DNA of 64,000 nucleotides from Chiloscyllium plagiosum (GCF_004010195.1 NC_057728.1:49275065-49339064); one strand, 5' to 3'; positions 25,281-39,351 are shown, counted from the stretch's first letter. The notes: generated by a model from the letters alone, not told the origin. Made by a program: numbers and translations.

Positions 25281-26344
25281 TCCCCTCCCCAACAGACACT
25301 TCCCATGTCGAATGGATTAGGTCAGAGGCAAACATCTCACTACTGTAAGGGTGACAAGATTTCAATCACTTCACTGGTGGTTGTTTATTGGCTCTATTGG
25401 CTAGGTAGCTAGTGTGTGGATCTGATTAATGTCCCAAAACCATTGGGTTCTATTCCTGTTCAATCCCCATACAATCATAGACCCTTACAGCATGGAAAGA
25501 CAACCTTCAGCCCACACCATGTAGTAAGTGTATATTTATTTTAATTCAATTTTCCAGCACTTGGCCCTGTAGCCTTGGAAGCTATGGCATTTCAAGTGCT
25601 CATCTAAATATTTCTTAAATGTCTTGAGGGTTCTTACCTCTATCACAGTTTCAGATAATGAGCTCCTACAACCCTCTGGGTGAAATTATCTTTCCGCAAA
25701 CCCCTTTGAAACGTCCTGCTCCTTAACTTACACCCACAGTCTCAGGGTTTCCCTTTTTAGCCTATCTGTGATTAAAAAAAAAGTTCCTCAGTGAATTTGC
25801 TGTGGTTCAGCAAACAATCACCAAGGATTTGTATTGGGCAGAGAATTCACTGAGGAACATGATAAAGTTTGTCATTGTTAAAGTTTCCCCGCATATACTG
25901 ACAGCTATATTTCAAGATGAAATGCAACTCTATTACACATCAGATCAGAGACTGAGTTGGGTGATCACCAATGATCAGAACTATGTCCATTCCATAGATT
26001 GTATTTGCAGTGCAGCTAAGATCAAATCTAAATGGAGGCATTAGGGACATTAATGATTATAATCCAATAATGCACTTTTCTGTTAAAGTTTGTAACATCA
26101 ATTGATGGGCAAGTTCCCAGAATTGCTTTTAGCTGGGTTAATCAAACTGCCTGCCAGGTGAGGGCAAAACTCCTTGTTGAGCTGTTTTACAGGTAGGCCT
26201 GTTAGTATCACTTGCCTGAATTAAGGGGTGATTGGTAACTGGAGTTGGCTCATTACCCAGGGAAGAGTTTGGAAGTAGCTTGAAGGGTTGCTGGGTGCTG
26301 AGTTGGATTGAGACATCGATCTTTCCCCTCTACATTAACATTTG

Positions 26345-26575
26345 TTTCCTCTGCGTGCTCTGCATCCCTCCCACAATCCAAAGATGTACAGGTTAGGTGA
26401 ATTGGACATGCTAAATTGCCTGTAGTGTTCAGGGATGTGGAGGTTAGGTGCATTAGTCAAGGGTAAATGTGGAGTAATAGGGTAGGGAAATGGGTCTGGG
26501 TGGGTTACTCTTTGGAGGGTCGGTGTGGACTTGTTGGGCTGAAGGGCCTGTATACACACTGTAGGGATTCTATAC
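26345..26575 (+). mobile_element. HE1 SINE, 5'-truncated
   Basis: V-domain and tail gtggacttgttgggctgaagggcctgtatacacactgtagggattct. Confidence 0.85.
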
Positions 26576-27454
26576 TATTCTTCTATGGCTCATCTATGCC
26601 AACCTTTGTCACTTCATGCACCACAACCAACTGCTCCATCAGTCTCTCGTACTCTCCATTTCAGGTTATGCCCCTTTACCTATTCCCATGGCTCCCCCAT
26701 TTATTCCATGCCAATCCATGTTGCTTTATCCAATCCCACTACCCTTTATAGCCCCTTTGTCAACTTAAATGAAAATTGATGCTGATTGAATACATTCAAA
26801 TTCCTTCAAGGGATGAAAACAAACAGTTCATTCACTTAACCCTTTTTGAAAACACACATTTATATGTATAGTGTTACATGAAAGACTTGGAGTGTCAATT
26901 AAATACAGATAGTGAATTCGCAAGCCTCCCACTGTGTTAATAAGAGGTTGTTGAATCAGCCATGCATCATAATCCTACATTGATAACCCTTAGTCCTATG
27001 TCTAAAGACAGCAAATGAAATGGTAAGCACAACTTTTTTTCAAAGACAGAATGTGTTTTTTTCCATCTGATAAAAAGCCTGCATTTATATAGCACATTGT
27101 GACTTCCCAAAGCAATCTGCAGCCAATGAAATAAAATTTTTAAAAATAGATTTGAAATAACATTTTGTCAAATACAGCAACCAATGTGTACACAAGAAGG
27201 TCCCACAAACAGTTACATTGATCAAATAATTGTTTTGGAGAACTGCCTTGCTCTTCTTTGGAAGAGTGTTGTGGGTTCTTAAATTTCACACAAAAGGGCA
27301 ATCTGAAAGGCCACATATTAGACAGTGCAACAAGGAGAGTGTCAACCTGAATATATTGCTCAAATCTACAGAATGGGGCACACATCCACAAAGCACTGGC
27401 TGAAATGCATGAGTGCTACTTATAGGGACAGTATGACCAGACAAACAAACATAC

Positions 27455-29400
27455 AATCAGGAGCAGAATAGGCCACTCTGCCCGTCAAGCATGTTCTGCC
27501 ATTCAAGAACTACATGGATGATCTGATTGTGACCTCATTCCCACCTACCACTAATAAGTTTTCAGACCCCTGCTGAAAAATAATCTACCGCTGCCTTAAA
27601 AATATTCAAGGACTCTGCTTTCACCTCCTTTCCAAGAGGAGACTTCCAAAGATTCACTACTCTCAGAGATTTTTTTTTGTTGAAATTCCATCTTAAATGG
27701 GTGACTCCTGAATATTAAACAATGACACCCTGGTTCTATATTCTCCAACAAGAGGAACAACCTCTCCAAATCCACCTTGTTAAGACCCTTCAGGAATTTA
27801 TATCTTTCTATCAAGTTACCTCTTACTTTTCTAACCTCCAGTGGATACAAGCCTGGCTTGTCCAACCTTTCCTCACAAGACATTCATCCCATTCCAGGTT
27901 TTAGTCTAGTAAACCAATACAGTTACACCCTTCCATAAGTAAAGTGATCAACATTGTACACAGTTCTTCAGATAAGTCTCACCAATACCTTGTATAACTG
28001 AAGCATAACTTTTCTACTTTTGCATTCAATTCCCCTTACAACAAGCAATATCAATCTATTAGCTTTCCTAATTACTTTTTGTACCTGTATACTGTATTCA
28101 CCTTTCCCCATTCATGCACTAGGATACACAAATCTCTTTGCATCTTAGAGTTCTGCAATCTCTGACCATTTAGATAATATGCTTCCTTTTTATTCTCTCT
28201 GCCAGAATGGACAACTACACATTTTCCCACATTCTACTCAATTTGTCACATCTTTGCCCATTTGTTTAATCTGTTAATGTCTTATACCTCCTTGTGACCT
28301 CTTCACCACTTACCTTCCAACATTTCTTTGAGTGGTCAGCAAATTTGGTAACCATACTTTCCATCCTTTCATGTGAACCATCTATATAGATTGTAAACAG
28401 TTGAGATTCCAGCACATTTTTAAGCACACCACTCATTACAGCTCATCAACCTGATAAGAAGACCATTACATCTCCTTTCTGCTTTCTGTTAGCCAGCCAC
28501 TATTCTAGCTGTATCAGTATACTACTCCCTCTCACCCCCTCTCCACTTCTCCCTCCCCTGACTCCCCACCCGACCCCTACAATAATAAGCTTTTCTTTTC
28601 CAATATAACCTTTGATATGGCATCTTCTCAAATGTCTTCTGGAAATCTAAGCAAAGTATGTCTACCAGATCCCCTTTATCCATTTCAAATTACCTCCTAT
28701 AAGAACTCCAGTAGATAGGTCAAACATAATTTTCATTTCACAAAACCGTGTCAACTCTGGCTTATCTAACAGCATTTTTATAATTCCTTTAGCAATCACT
28801 TTTAATGTTTTCTCCGTGTCAGATGTTAAGATAAACAGCCTGTAGTTCCTGATTTCTGTTTCTGTCCCTTTCTGAACAAAGCAGTTACATTCACTATCTT
28901 CCAACCTAACGAGATCATTTCTAAACCTAGGAAGTTTTGGAAAATTAAAATCAATGCATCAACTATCTCATTAGTCACTTTTTTTAAGTCCCTTACATGA
29001 AGTCCATTAAGACCCAAGCATTTGTCAGTCTCCACTCCAACAATTTACTCCGTATCACTTCTCCAGTGATAGCGACTTTCTTGAGTTCCTCCTGCCCTTG
29101 TGTATTCTGATTAATTGCTTCTTCTGGAATGCTACTTGTATCCTTTATAGTGAAGACAGATGCAAAATATCTGTTCGATTTTTCTGCCATTAATTTTCCA
29201 TTGTTAGTTCTCCAGTCTCACTTCTTACAGGTCAAGTACTCACTTTATTAACTCTTCCCTTTTTATAGAACCTCTTAATATCTGTTTTTATCTTGCTGGC
29301 TAGCTTTTTCTCATACTCTAATTTAATTAATATTTTGGTCATTCATTGCTATTTTTCACATTTTGTCCAATCTTCTGACCAGGTGTTGCCCTCACACAAT
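27455..29400 (-). mobile_element. Old CR1 LINE, ~1.9 kb, heavily mutated
   Basis: Minus-strand remnants: MAEKSNRYFASVFT, WKIVNVTALFRKG, NYRLFILTS, EERLDKPGLYPLE. Confidence 0.9.
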
Positions 29401-29595
29401 TAAATATAGTGTTTGCAGCATTTTGTACCATATTATGGGCGGTTTAGTGTATAGTTGTGGATGGCGTTGGCTAGACTAACATTTATTACTCATTCCCAAT
29501 TGTCCAGGGGGCAGGTCAGAGTCAGCCACAGTGCTGTTGAGTCTGGTGTCACATGTAGGCCAGACCAAGTAAGGATGGCAGATTTCCTTCCCTAA

Positions 29596-29911
29596 GATTA
29601 GATTATTTACAGTGTGGAAACAGGCCCTTCGGCCCAACAAGTTCACACCGACCCTCCGAAGAGCAATCTACCCAGACCCAGTCCCCTACATTTATCCCTA
29701 TACCGAACACTACGGGCAATTTAGCATGGCCAATTCACCTGACCTGCACATTTTTGGACTGTGGGAGGAAACCGGAGCACCCGGAGGAAACCCACGCAGA
29801 CACGGGGAGAATGTGCAAACTCCACACAGACAGATGCCTGAGGCGGGAACTGAACCCGGGTCTCTGGCTCTGTGAGGCAGCAGTGCTAACCACTATGCCA
29901 CCGTGCCGCCC
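29596..29911 (-). mobile_element. HE1 SINE, full length
   Basis: Reverse complement of GGGCGGCACGGTGGCATAGTGGTTAGC...; AATCT tail; ccctaa on both sides. Confidence 0.95.
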
Positions 29912-32900
29912 TAAAGGATGCTGGAGAAGCAGATCAGCATATATGAACCTAGATTACAGTCAAAAGTAATCATCCCAACATCTTTATCCCAATTGTCCAG
30001 GGGGCAGGTAAGAGTCAACCACAGTGCTGTTGAGTCTGGTGTCACATGTAGGCCAGACCAAGTAAGGATGGCAGATTTTCTTCCCTAAAGGATGCTGGGG
30101 AACCAGATCAGCATATCTGAACCTAGATTTCAGTCAAATCATCTCAACATCTTTATTCTGATCCTTAGTTTTGTCAGCACATGATTACCTCTGACTATAG
30201 ACAATTTGTAAACCTGAAGTCAATAAAGTTTGGGATGGCATCAGAAAAATGAAACGATGAAGCTGTTGGATTGTCAGATAAACTTAATGGGTTTATTTCC
30301 TTTGAAAAAGGCACACAGCATGTTTAGATGTAGAATTAGATTTATTGTCACATATACTCAAATGAGTACAGTGAAAAGTTTACAAGTTGCCACCTGTGGC
30401 TCTATCTTTGGTACCAAGGTACCTAGGTACAGATTCTTAAGCCCAAATTTACTCAGTCCAGGTCTGACTGCAAGCCTCCACCAACATGTTTGACTTTCAG
30501 AGCCTGTAGGAAAACTAAGGATGCACAATAAATGCTGGCCTAGTTAGTGACACCCAGATTCAGAGAGCAAACTTATTTTTAAAAACAAGTGATAGCTAAG
30601 AGGGGGAACTTCCTGAGGATAAGAGAGAACAAAATCTACTTCCTGAAATTAGTAAAACAACTAAAGCTGTTTTCTGAAATGAGGGGCACTCAATCATAAA
30701 TGAAACAATGGCTCCCAAAACTGTCAGCTCTTGGTCTGGCCAATTCTGTTAACTGAGAAGGTACAGTACGGAAAGTGGGATGATTGCCTTTAGACGACAA
30801 CAATTTAGATCCAGCAAAGCAGTAAAACAGCAAATCAATAACTGGATCAATTTTTATGCTCATTAACTACACAGAGTGCAGAGTGAATGGCTTTTTTGGT
30901 ATCTGTCTCATGGATGAAAATGAATCATTGCCTACTGCTATATGTTTAAGGATAACAACAGGATAGACCTTTCATAGTCTTTTATAGAATGTGCAAGAAA
31001 TAGATTTCAAGTCGCACTGTAATGAAAATACTGTGTTATTTTCTGACAACATGTCCGGAAATGTGTATCACATCCTGACCCTGATTCCTACTCACCATTC
31101 TAAATAAAATGTTAAATTCTGGCAGCCTGCACAGGTGGTATCTAGGATCTCATTACCGGTGATTCTATTCATTGGCAAAACCTACTACCAGCTGACAGAG
31201 TATGGCAGGCTGTTAAAGAAACCCCCAACACCAACAGGGAGGCTCTACACCCTGGCTTCAACTTTTCTGCTCAATTCTATTGGCATTAACATAAAACTTA
31301 AGAGTACAAAGTTGACACGGGTGCTCATAAAAAAAATCACAGAGTAGACCACTCAGCTCCTTAAGCCTGCTCTGCCATTCAGTAAGAATATGGCTGATCT
31401 GATTATCCCACATTCCCACCTAATCCCAATTATCTTTCATCTCCTTGCTTATCAAGACTGTGGGAGGAAACCTATCAATAGATGGACTCCATCACCATTT
31501 CAGGAGGAGAGTCCCAAAGACTCACAATCCTTTGAGAGTGAAAAGAATAACTCTTTGTCTCTGGCTTGAGTGGGCAATTTCTTATTTTTAAACATTTTGC
31601 TTTCATTTTATTTATAAATGCACATTTATCATTTGATGGGATTAGTTTTTCCTGAGAGCTAGATGTACAATCATGCCAGATTACAGGAAAACATTGATGG
31701 CTACTAGAGTGTTAAGAATATTGTGGAAGAAATGATCATTGTCTGATTGCTGCTCCACTTGAACTTTCCTCAAGATTGCTCCGCATTTTTTACCGTGTCT
31801 TCTGTCGCAGACTTTAACAGAAATGTGAACTACAGTGTCCATCACCAAGCTCTGTCACAATGCAGTAGTGTAAGGGGTGATGTAGTTTCTTGGATTAAAC
31901 ACCATGGCCAGTATGGTTGGTCTGATTGCTTCCCTCTAGGTTAGCACATGTCACACGTACTACAAAAACTGGATTCTGATTGAGAAAGATGTCTTGATGT
32001 TTACTATTGCTAACTATTTATCCTGTTAGGACATCTCAAACTTACACATAGTCTCGATTTTATGTTAACTGACTGTTACAGTTTCATTACATATATATTT
32101 CTGACTACCTAAACACACCTCTAATTCCTTTGGCATCGAGAGGGAGTGACTGAAAGTGAAGATCTATATACAAGAGCACCACATCTCGTGACATCATGCA
32201 ACTGTCAACAAGATACAATGCCTTCCTGGGCTGGAATCTACGTCATAAAACAACATTCTCTTTTTCTTTTAAATAATGGGAACTCGTTTCCAATATTAGA
32301 TACACATGACCCCTGCACATTAAAATTACACCTATAAGGCAGATGTACAGCATGACCAGATCTAGTTCTTGTACAGGTATTGTGAGGTGTTTCAGTAGTT
32401 TTACTCTGTGGTGTGCTGTCTGTCATCACAGATCGATATGCATCATTTATCATTAGATGAATGGCTGTTGTCTGGTATGGTATCTTCATTATTTTTATTC
32501 TATGAGACGGGTGTTTTTTCACAGGAAAAGACCGTTGTTCTTTATAACCATATGACCTATGCGGGACACAATAATGGAGAATCATTCTGTGAACCTATGT
32601 CTATATATGAAAAGCTCGAACTCTGATGCCTTGTCCTGGTTCACGTTGGGATGACTGTCACTGATCATACTCTTGTATCATTTCTTCCTTTCTTTCTGAC
32701 AATCCATTCACATGACAGTGTGGGACAGGAGAACCATGTGGATCTATCTTCCAAGTACGTGAGGTGACTGTGAAGGTGAACACTGACCTTGAGGAATAGA
32801 ATTTAGATTTAACATAGTTATACGAAAATCTTAGCAAGTTGCTTTATACTTGACTATCGTTGATTTTACAGTATGAACAGTGTGTTCTGTTCTACTGAGG

Positions 32901-33869
32901 GAAATAAGGAGAAGATTTAGCAAATTCAACACTAGTTTCCTGCACATGTCTTAGAGGGGTGTCCTCAATTTGTCTCAAAGGAATTTAGTAAAATAATCAG
33001 TCATCAGAATGTTAATGGAGTCCTTGAGCATGGAGATATTAATGACAATCCTGAACTATACGTCAGAAAGAATTTTGCTTGTGATGAGAGTTTCTCTTGA
33101 TTGTTAGGCTGATGGAGTTGAAATGTTTCACAGAATTCATCAGTTGATCAATGCCCTATTGATGCCAGCCCAATAAATGGATTCAACTCTTGGCTTTTTT
33201 CTGTATCCACATATGAGCTATTTTTATGTTGTTTAGCATGTCTTGATATAGAGGTAGTGGAATTAATAACTTGCTTTCCTTTGAAAAGTGCATTCCTGGA
33301 GGATTCTAGTTCATTTCTGAATGAGCAGAACAAACATGCTTGTTTGGGGACCTGTTCTTTATGCTCGGACCATTTCTCCATACTGATCTTTGAGCTGCTG
33401 TAGCTGGTCATCATCTGAAATAGTTTGCTGAATCTGCTGTGCCTGGCTGTGCCCATACAAAATTAATGTTGTCTAGAATCTTGCGCCTTGAAACAGCAAA
33501 CAATTTCAGATGTTTATCACCTTGCGAATTGTGCTAATACGTGGATTATGGAAATACTGGTAGACCAATAATAGAAGGTCCTGCTGTATCAATGATGTAA
33601 GAGGTTTCAGGGTGTCTGTCCTGAGGAACAATATTGACATTGAAGATGGATCACACTAATGCAGTGGATGTCAGACCAACTGTAAGCATTAGCTTACCAT
33701 GTATGGACTGCAGCATATTGTGCTATCTTCCTGACATATGTAAGATGTGTAGAGGGATGATATTCACTTTTTACCACTATCAATCATAGAGTATAGTGCA
33801 TGCTGTTCATTGGTTTTGCAGCATTTCATTTGGATGGAAGTAAAGGATTCAGGTTTTCTGATGGTATCC

Positions 33870-34098
33870 ATAGAACATAGAATATTAGAGCGTGGTACAG
33901 GCCCTTCAGTCTTCGATGTTGTACCACCCTGTGAAACCAATCTGAAGCCCATCTAACCTACACTATTTCATTCTCGTCTATATGCCTATCCAATGACCTA
34001 TCAAATGCCTGTAACGTTGGCGAATCCACAACTGTTGCAGGCAGTGCGTTCCACACTGCTCCTACTCTCTGACTAAACAAACTACCTCTGACATCTGA
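33870..34098 (-). mobile_element. CR1 3' end inserted in the Gypsy remnant
   Basis: DVRGSLFSQRVGAVWNALP; catagaacatagaa tail. Confidence 0.85.
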
Positions 34099-34690
34099 CT
34101 GTGGCATACCAAACTGATCACATTGTACAGTCTGACTGGGGTGTGAAATCTGTGACACTGCACATATCTCTTAGGCTTCATTGACATGCCAAAGATGAAA
34201 TTTAAGGAACATCTTGACACTGTTCCTTCCAGGTTGTGCCTCTTCTTCCCACACCACTGTGCACCATTGCATTGTGTTGCAGTTTCCTGTTCAACTGGAT
34301 TTCTTGCACATTTTAGCCCAATGCTCTCTTGTAGACAATTTATCTGAAAATGCAGTACAATATAATGGTGCTTGAGACAAGACTCACCCTGTACACGATT
34401 TGGGTGTTTTATCGACCACTTTGATGACAGCAATAATTGTTCCAGGGTCAAGCGACTGAAAATGTGCTGGCCAGCAACAATGGCCTCCTCCAAGCAGTAA
34501 GCTGATGACATATTCTTTGAGTTTGTCATGAATCATTTTTCTGAAGGATTTATAAATGTAGAAGCAATGACCAATTCCATAAGCCTTTCAGAAGCTAATT
34601 TAGCTTCAGTGAGGTCACCTCTGTACCATTACATTGACAACTGCCTACAGATTAGTCGATGGTTTCACCTGGCTATAGTCAAAATAACAT

Positions 34691-34974
34691 GATTAGATTA
34701 GATTACTTACAGTGTGGAAACAGGCCCTTCAGCCCAACAAGTCCACACCGACCCTCCAAACAGCAACCCACCCAGACCCATTCCCTTACATTTACCCCTT
34801 CACCTAAAACTACAGACAATTTAGCATGGCCAATTCACCTAACTTGCACATTTTTGGAGTGTGGGAGGAAACTGACAGGGAGAATGTGCAAACTCCATAC
34901 AGACAGTTGCCTGAGGCAGGAATTGAACCTGGGTCTCTGGCACTGCGAGGCAGCAGTGCTAACCACTGTGCCAC
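34691..34974 (-). mobile_element. HE1 SINE inserted in Gypsy gag
   Basis: gattagattagatt tail, V-domain and tRNA head, all reverse complemented. Confidence 0.92.
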
Positions 34975-36376
34975 GCATGAACTCAGAGCCTGTGTACCCT
35001 GAAGTTGTTCTTCTAAAATATGGGAAATGTTAAGGATATCTCAGCATTGGAAATAATGGAGGATTTGACTCTTCAATTTCCAAAGCAGCGAGGAGTTTGA
35101 CTACCTGCCTTTCTTTATCAGCTTCAGGAACTAAAGATTGATTTGTCTTTTAAGGAACTGAAATTTGTACTACTTTGCAACTCATCAAAGCTATCCCATA
35201 GGATAATGGCTACCCTGATCTGATCATTTCTCACTGTACATTGTGCAAACTAAGGCAGTCATTCAGTCCCTCAAAGAAAGACACCATGGAAATGCAAAAT
35301 AAGTGCTCTCTTTTCCTTTTCATAGCGCTGAACTAAATTACAGACAATCTACATGACTCACCAGTTTAACTCACACTACAGCATAGCCACATACTTTAAC
35401 CATAGTGCATCATTTCAGCTCTTAATCAAAGATGATAAGATCAACTTGATGGATCACTTGTCTCATTGTTTCAGAGCAGTATTGACCTGTGTGTAAAACA
35501 GATACTGGCAATTCTCCACTTTCCAGCTGTACCTCAGTGGATAGAGCTCTCGGATCTGAATCATAGCAAAGCCTGTGGCGTTCAAGTCTCCCCATGTGTC
35601 AGTACTGCAGGAGCCCTGAACTGCCAGAGCTTCTGTCAGCCAGCTGTGTCATTAACTTAAAGGCCTGTCTACTTTCAATGGCAGCTAGTGGAATTTAAAT
35701 TCAAGTAACAAATTTGGAATTGAAAGTTAACTTTAATGATGGTGACCTTGAATTGTTGTAAAAATCCATCTGTGCAAAAGAGTCCATGGCAGTATTCAAA
35801 GAAGATAATTGGGGAGGCAGAGGTGTAATGGTAATGTCACCAGGTCATTTCAATGAAACGCCTAAGGTTTGAATCTCATGGTGGTTGGTGAAACCTGAAT
35901 TCAATGAAAATTTAAAATTTAAAAGTTGGCCTAATGGTGGCTGTGTATTCACTGACAATTGTCGATAAAACACATCAGGTTCACTACTGGCCTTCAGGGA
36001 AGGAAATCTGCCATCCTTACCTGGTCTGGCCTACATGTGACTCCAGATCCACAGCAAGGTGGCCTACTCTAGTTGCTCTCTGGGTAATTAGGGACAGAAA
36101 GTAAATGTGCTAGTCAATGATGCCCACATCCCACAAAGGAATCATTTTCTTGGCAAATATTTATTTCTCAATCAACACCTAAAGCTGTCTTTAGTCATTT
36201 GTCATATTGCAGTTTGTGCACTCATTGACTGCTGCATTTCCAACAGTGATGAAACTTCAAAAGTATTGAATTGGCTGACAGGTTTTTTTGGAACATCTTT
36301 AGGACATTGGAGGTGCTACATAAATGCAAGGCTTTCTTTTAACAGGGAACACAACAGGAAAGAACAATTCAACAGT

Positions 36377-36711
36377 AGATAGGATAAATAAACAAAGTCT
36401 TTTTCCTGGGTTCGGGGAGTCCAGAACTAAAGGGCATAGGTTTAGGGTGAGAGGGGAAAGATATAAAAGAGACCTAAAGGGCAAATTCTTCACGCAGAGG
36501 GTGGTACGTGTATGGAATGAGCTGCCAGAAGAAGTGGCGGAGGCTGGTACAATTGCAATATTTGAAAGGCATCTGGATGAGTATATGAGTAGGAAGGGTT
36601 TGGAGGGATATGCGCCGGGTGATGGCAGGTGGGTCTAGATTTTGGGTTGGGATATCTGGTCGGTATGGATGAGTTGGACCGAGGGGTCTGTTTCCATCTC
36701 TATAACTCTAT
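36377..36711 (+). mobile_element. CR1 (HER1-type) 3' end
   Basis: ESRTKGHRFRVRGERYKRDL...WNELPEEV. Similar copies at 42311-42661 (+), 43830-44105 (+) and 38925-39128 (-). Confidence 0.92.
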
Positions 36712-37307
36712 GGTGTAATGTTTTGGGACATTCCAATTTTAAAAATTCTTTTGCAGGATGTGTGACTGGCAAGATCAGCAATTGTGGCCCATCCCCCATT
36801 GCTTGTTTATGGATTAGTTGCTCAGGCATTTCAGAGGGCCGTTTCTTGACAACCACGCCTTGCTGTGAGTCTGGATTCACATGTAGGCAATATCAGGCAA
36901 GGGCAGCAGATACCCTTCCCTAAAGGACATCAGTGAAGGAGGTAGATCTTTACCACAACAGTTGACGTTCGCCGTCATGGAGACCTGTTTTCAATTCCAG
37001 ATTCATTTACTGAATTTAATTTCCACCAGTTGCCATGGTGAAATTTGAAAGCCTTCCCCCACCCATCCAAAAAAGAAGTGGTATTCTGGGTTGCTGGATT
37101 ACTAGTCCAGTGGCATTACAGCTACATCATCATCTCCCTAAGCACCCAAAGGAGGTATTCACTTCCTGCCCAATACAGAATACGTTTCTCTCATCAAATT
37201 CCTACTTTGCCAAGTTAGGTCATTCAAATTCTTATTGTATAAACTGTTCTTGATTGTCAGGCAGTATACATGTAGTGTTTTGTTAACCATTTCTGCCTGA
37301 AGCTATT

Positions 37308-37943
37308 GCAATGATTTTAAACTGGGGGTGGGATCGGAGTCGGGGGGTGGCAGGGGGAGTAATTCAGATTGTGGGTGCCAATGGTGGCTGGGATTCCCTC
37401 AGCTCAGAACATTCCAATCAGTGGGAATGGCTTCAAGACCAGCGACTAGTGATGTTTTGGGCTATGTGAAAGACCACAAGAAATGGTACCTGGAGCAATA
37501 AGGGAGGAGCTGTGGGAATGGTGAGTGGGTTAAATGTGGGACATACCGGAACCATCATCGTGGAGGATAGGAGGAAGTGAAACCCCACTGTCTCCTTGTG
37601 AAGTCAGGAAGAGTCTTGATAAATCACAATAAAGATACTGACCTGAGTCGCTTGTGAGACTCGGAGATCACCTGCCAACAGCCTTCACGAACGAGTCGTG
37701 GACTACACAGATCTTAGTCAACCTGGAGTTAGAATCCTGCACATGTTGTACTGGGACAATTGGACCTCTGTCTGTCTCTGATTCAGTTTAAGGTCATCTG
37801 GGATGGAAAACTTGCCCCCACCCCCGCCATTAAATTATCAGTTAACAATGGCAGGCATTATGAATGGTTCAGATCCATTTTGGTATTGCCCCAGTTCTTA
37901 TTTTAATCTCCCCGACCATTTTCCGGGTGAGTTAAAATCAGGC
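37308..37943. mobile_element. Possible non-autonomous DNA transposon (Harbinger-like) remnant
   Basis: GC-rich island bounded by imperfect inverted ends tgattttaaact / agttaaaatca. Confidence 0.35.
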
Positions 37944-38094
37944 GTAATAGCAGATACACAGTTTAGGGAGACTTAGGAATCTCCGGGTGAGTCTAAACGA
38001 TTCAAGCATGACTGCAATTGAGTGGGACGGCCAGCAGATAATGTCGTGGCTCGTCGATAATGATTGTATGTTTTAATAATCCTTTAGTAGTACA

Positions 38095-38480
38095 GAACTT
38101 CAGCATTGCTGAGAAGAAGACCAATTTTGTCAAAGGTTTTCAACTTGCATTCATCAGGACAATTCACAAGAATACCAAAAGAAAATGGAATAACCTTTCT
38201 AACACCATTTGAGGAGAGACTGCTATTTGGTTGTCATGTGGACTCTACTTGCTGGAGAGATTGCTATGCAGAATGCCCCAGTTACATGAGAACTGACATT
38301 TAGCTATCAAGCATTGTTTAAATGTCAACCAGGAAGGTGCACTCTGACTTGTTGGGATTGTAGTTTAATGCATTTGCACATCATGGAAACTATAAAGATT
38401 AAGACACAGGGCCTTATTGTTTGCAGGCCGAAAGAGCGTGTACACACACTGTGCTTATTAATGAAACAGATGACAGCCTC
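38095..38480. mobile_element. Penelope-like fragment: inverted pLTR with hammerhead, plus ORF C-terminus
   Basis: Plus-strand LHIMETIKIKTQGLIVCRPKERVHTLCL resembles the end of the Penelope endonuclease domain; minus-strand TTGTC-CTGATGA...GAAA-ACCT-TT-GACAA. Confidence 0.65.
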
Positions 38481-39213
38481 CTCGTGGCTGATTATTATGG
38501 TCTCAAGAACCACACCTCCTTCTCCCCATACCTCTAACTTTGAAACCACTTCCTCCTTTCCATTCTTTCAACCCTGACTCCTGCACTCATGACCCCAGTA
38601 TCAAGGTCAGCAACCTTACCCTTCCTCTTCCCAACTCCATGTCACAGTGGAAATACTAGCATTTTATTTACTAAGAGTTGATCACCCTGCTACAGTCATC
38701 CAGTGTGTGTGTTACAATTTTGTGTAATGATGCATACAAGAGATAAAGATTTTGCGATCTCAATGTAAAAACAGAATCTGTGTGAGGACCATCAGTTAAT
38801 GTTTGGATGGGGAAGCAGGGAAACCTGAAACATTGACTATTGGTCTCTCTCCACAGGTATTGACTGCCCCACTGTGTAACTCCAGTATTCTCTGTTAGTG
38901 GCGCAGTACGTGATTTATTCGTCATTGAATCATAGTGTCATACAGCATGGACACAGACCCTCTGGTCCAACCGGTCCATGCCAAACATAATTCCAAACTA
39001 AACTAGTCCCACCAGCCTGCTCTTGGCCAAATCCCTCCAACCTTTCCTGTTCATGTCCTTAGCTAAGCATCTTTTAAACATTGTAACTATGCCCACATCC
39101 ACCACCACCTCAGGAAGTTCATTCCACGTGGGAACCGTCATGCCTGCTTTCAGTTGCTGGGTCCATAAGGACACTGAGGAATATCTGATACTCCCTGTCC
39201 CTGAGCTGCTCAC

Positions 39214-39351
39214 CTCAGCCAGAGATGGTTGAACTCCTCATTGCTTATTACGAGCCCCATGCTGTTCAGAGCTTGTTTTAATTGTTCAGCTGCAATGACT
39301 CCCCCGGGCCGCAGACATGATGGTTCAAAGTGGGACTCCACTGAAAATCCA
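39214..39351 (-). CDS. EFCAB6-like: EFCAB6-like coding exon E (138 bp, phase 2 to 2)
   Basis: Acceptor tttttattgattcccAG, donor GAG|GTGAGC; encodes (S)GFSVESHFEPSCLRPGGVIAAEQLKQALNSMGLVISNEEFNHLWL(R). Confidence 0.92.

Larger units (their letters stand above)
32024..35150 (-). mobile_element. Decayed Gypsy LTR retrotransposon (gag, protease and integrase remnants, PPT, candidate 3' LTR)
   Basis: Gag-like PGETID...ERLMELVIAST; protease end YIIDTAGPSIIGLP; DDQLQQL..KWSEHKEQVP..FRNEL..LFKGKQVI; ESIYWAGIN; PGQGIRVR...PHRSY; RTRSGHAVHLP. PPT aaaagaaaaagagaa at 32256-32270; candidate LTR TGTTG...TAACA at 32255-32024. Confidence 0.8.

Noticed and set aside
35150..35520. 5' LTR of the minus-strand Gypsy element
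   Set aside because: No match to the candidate 3' LTR (32024-32255) could be seen.
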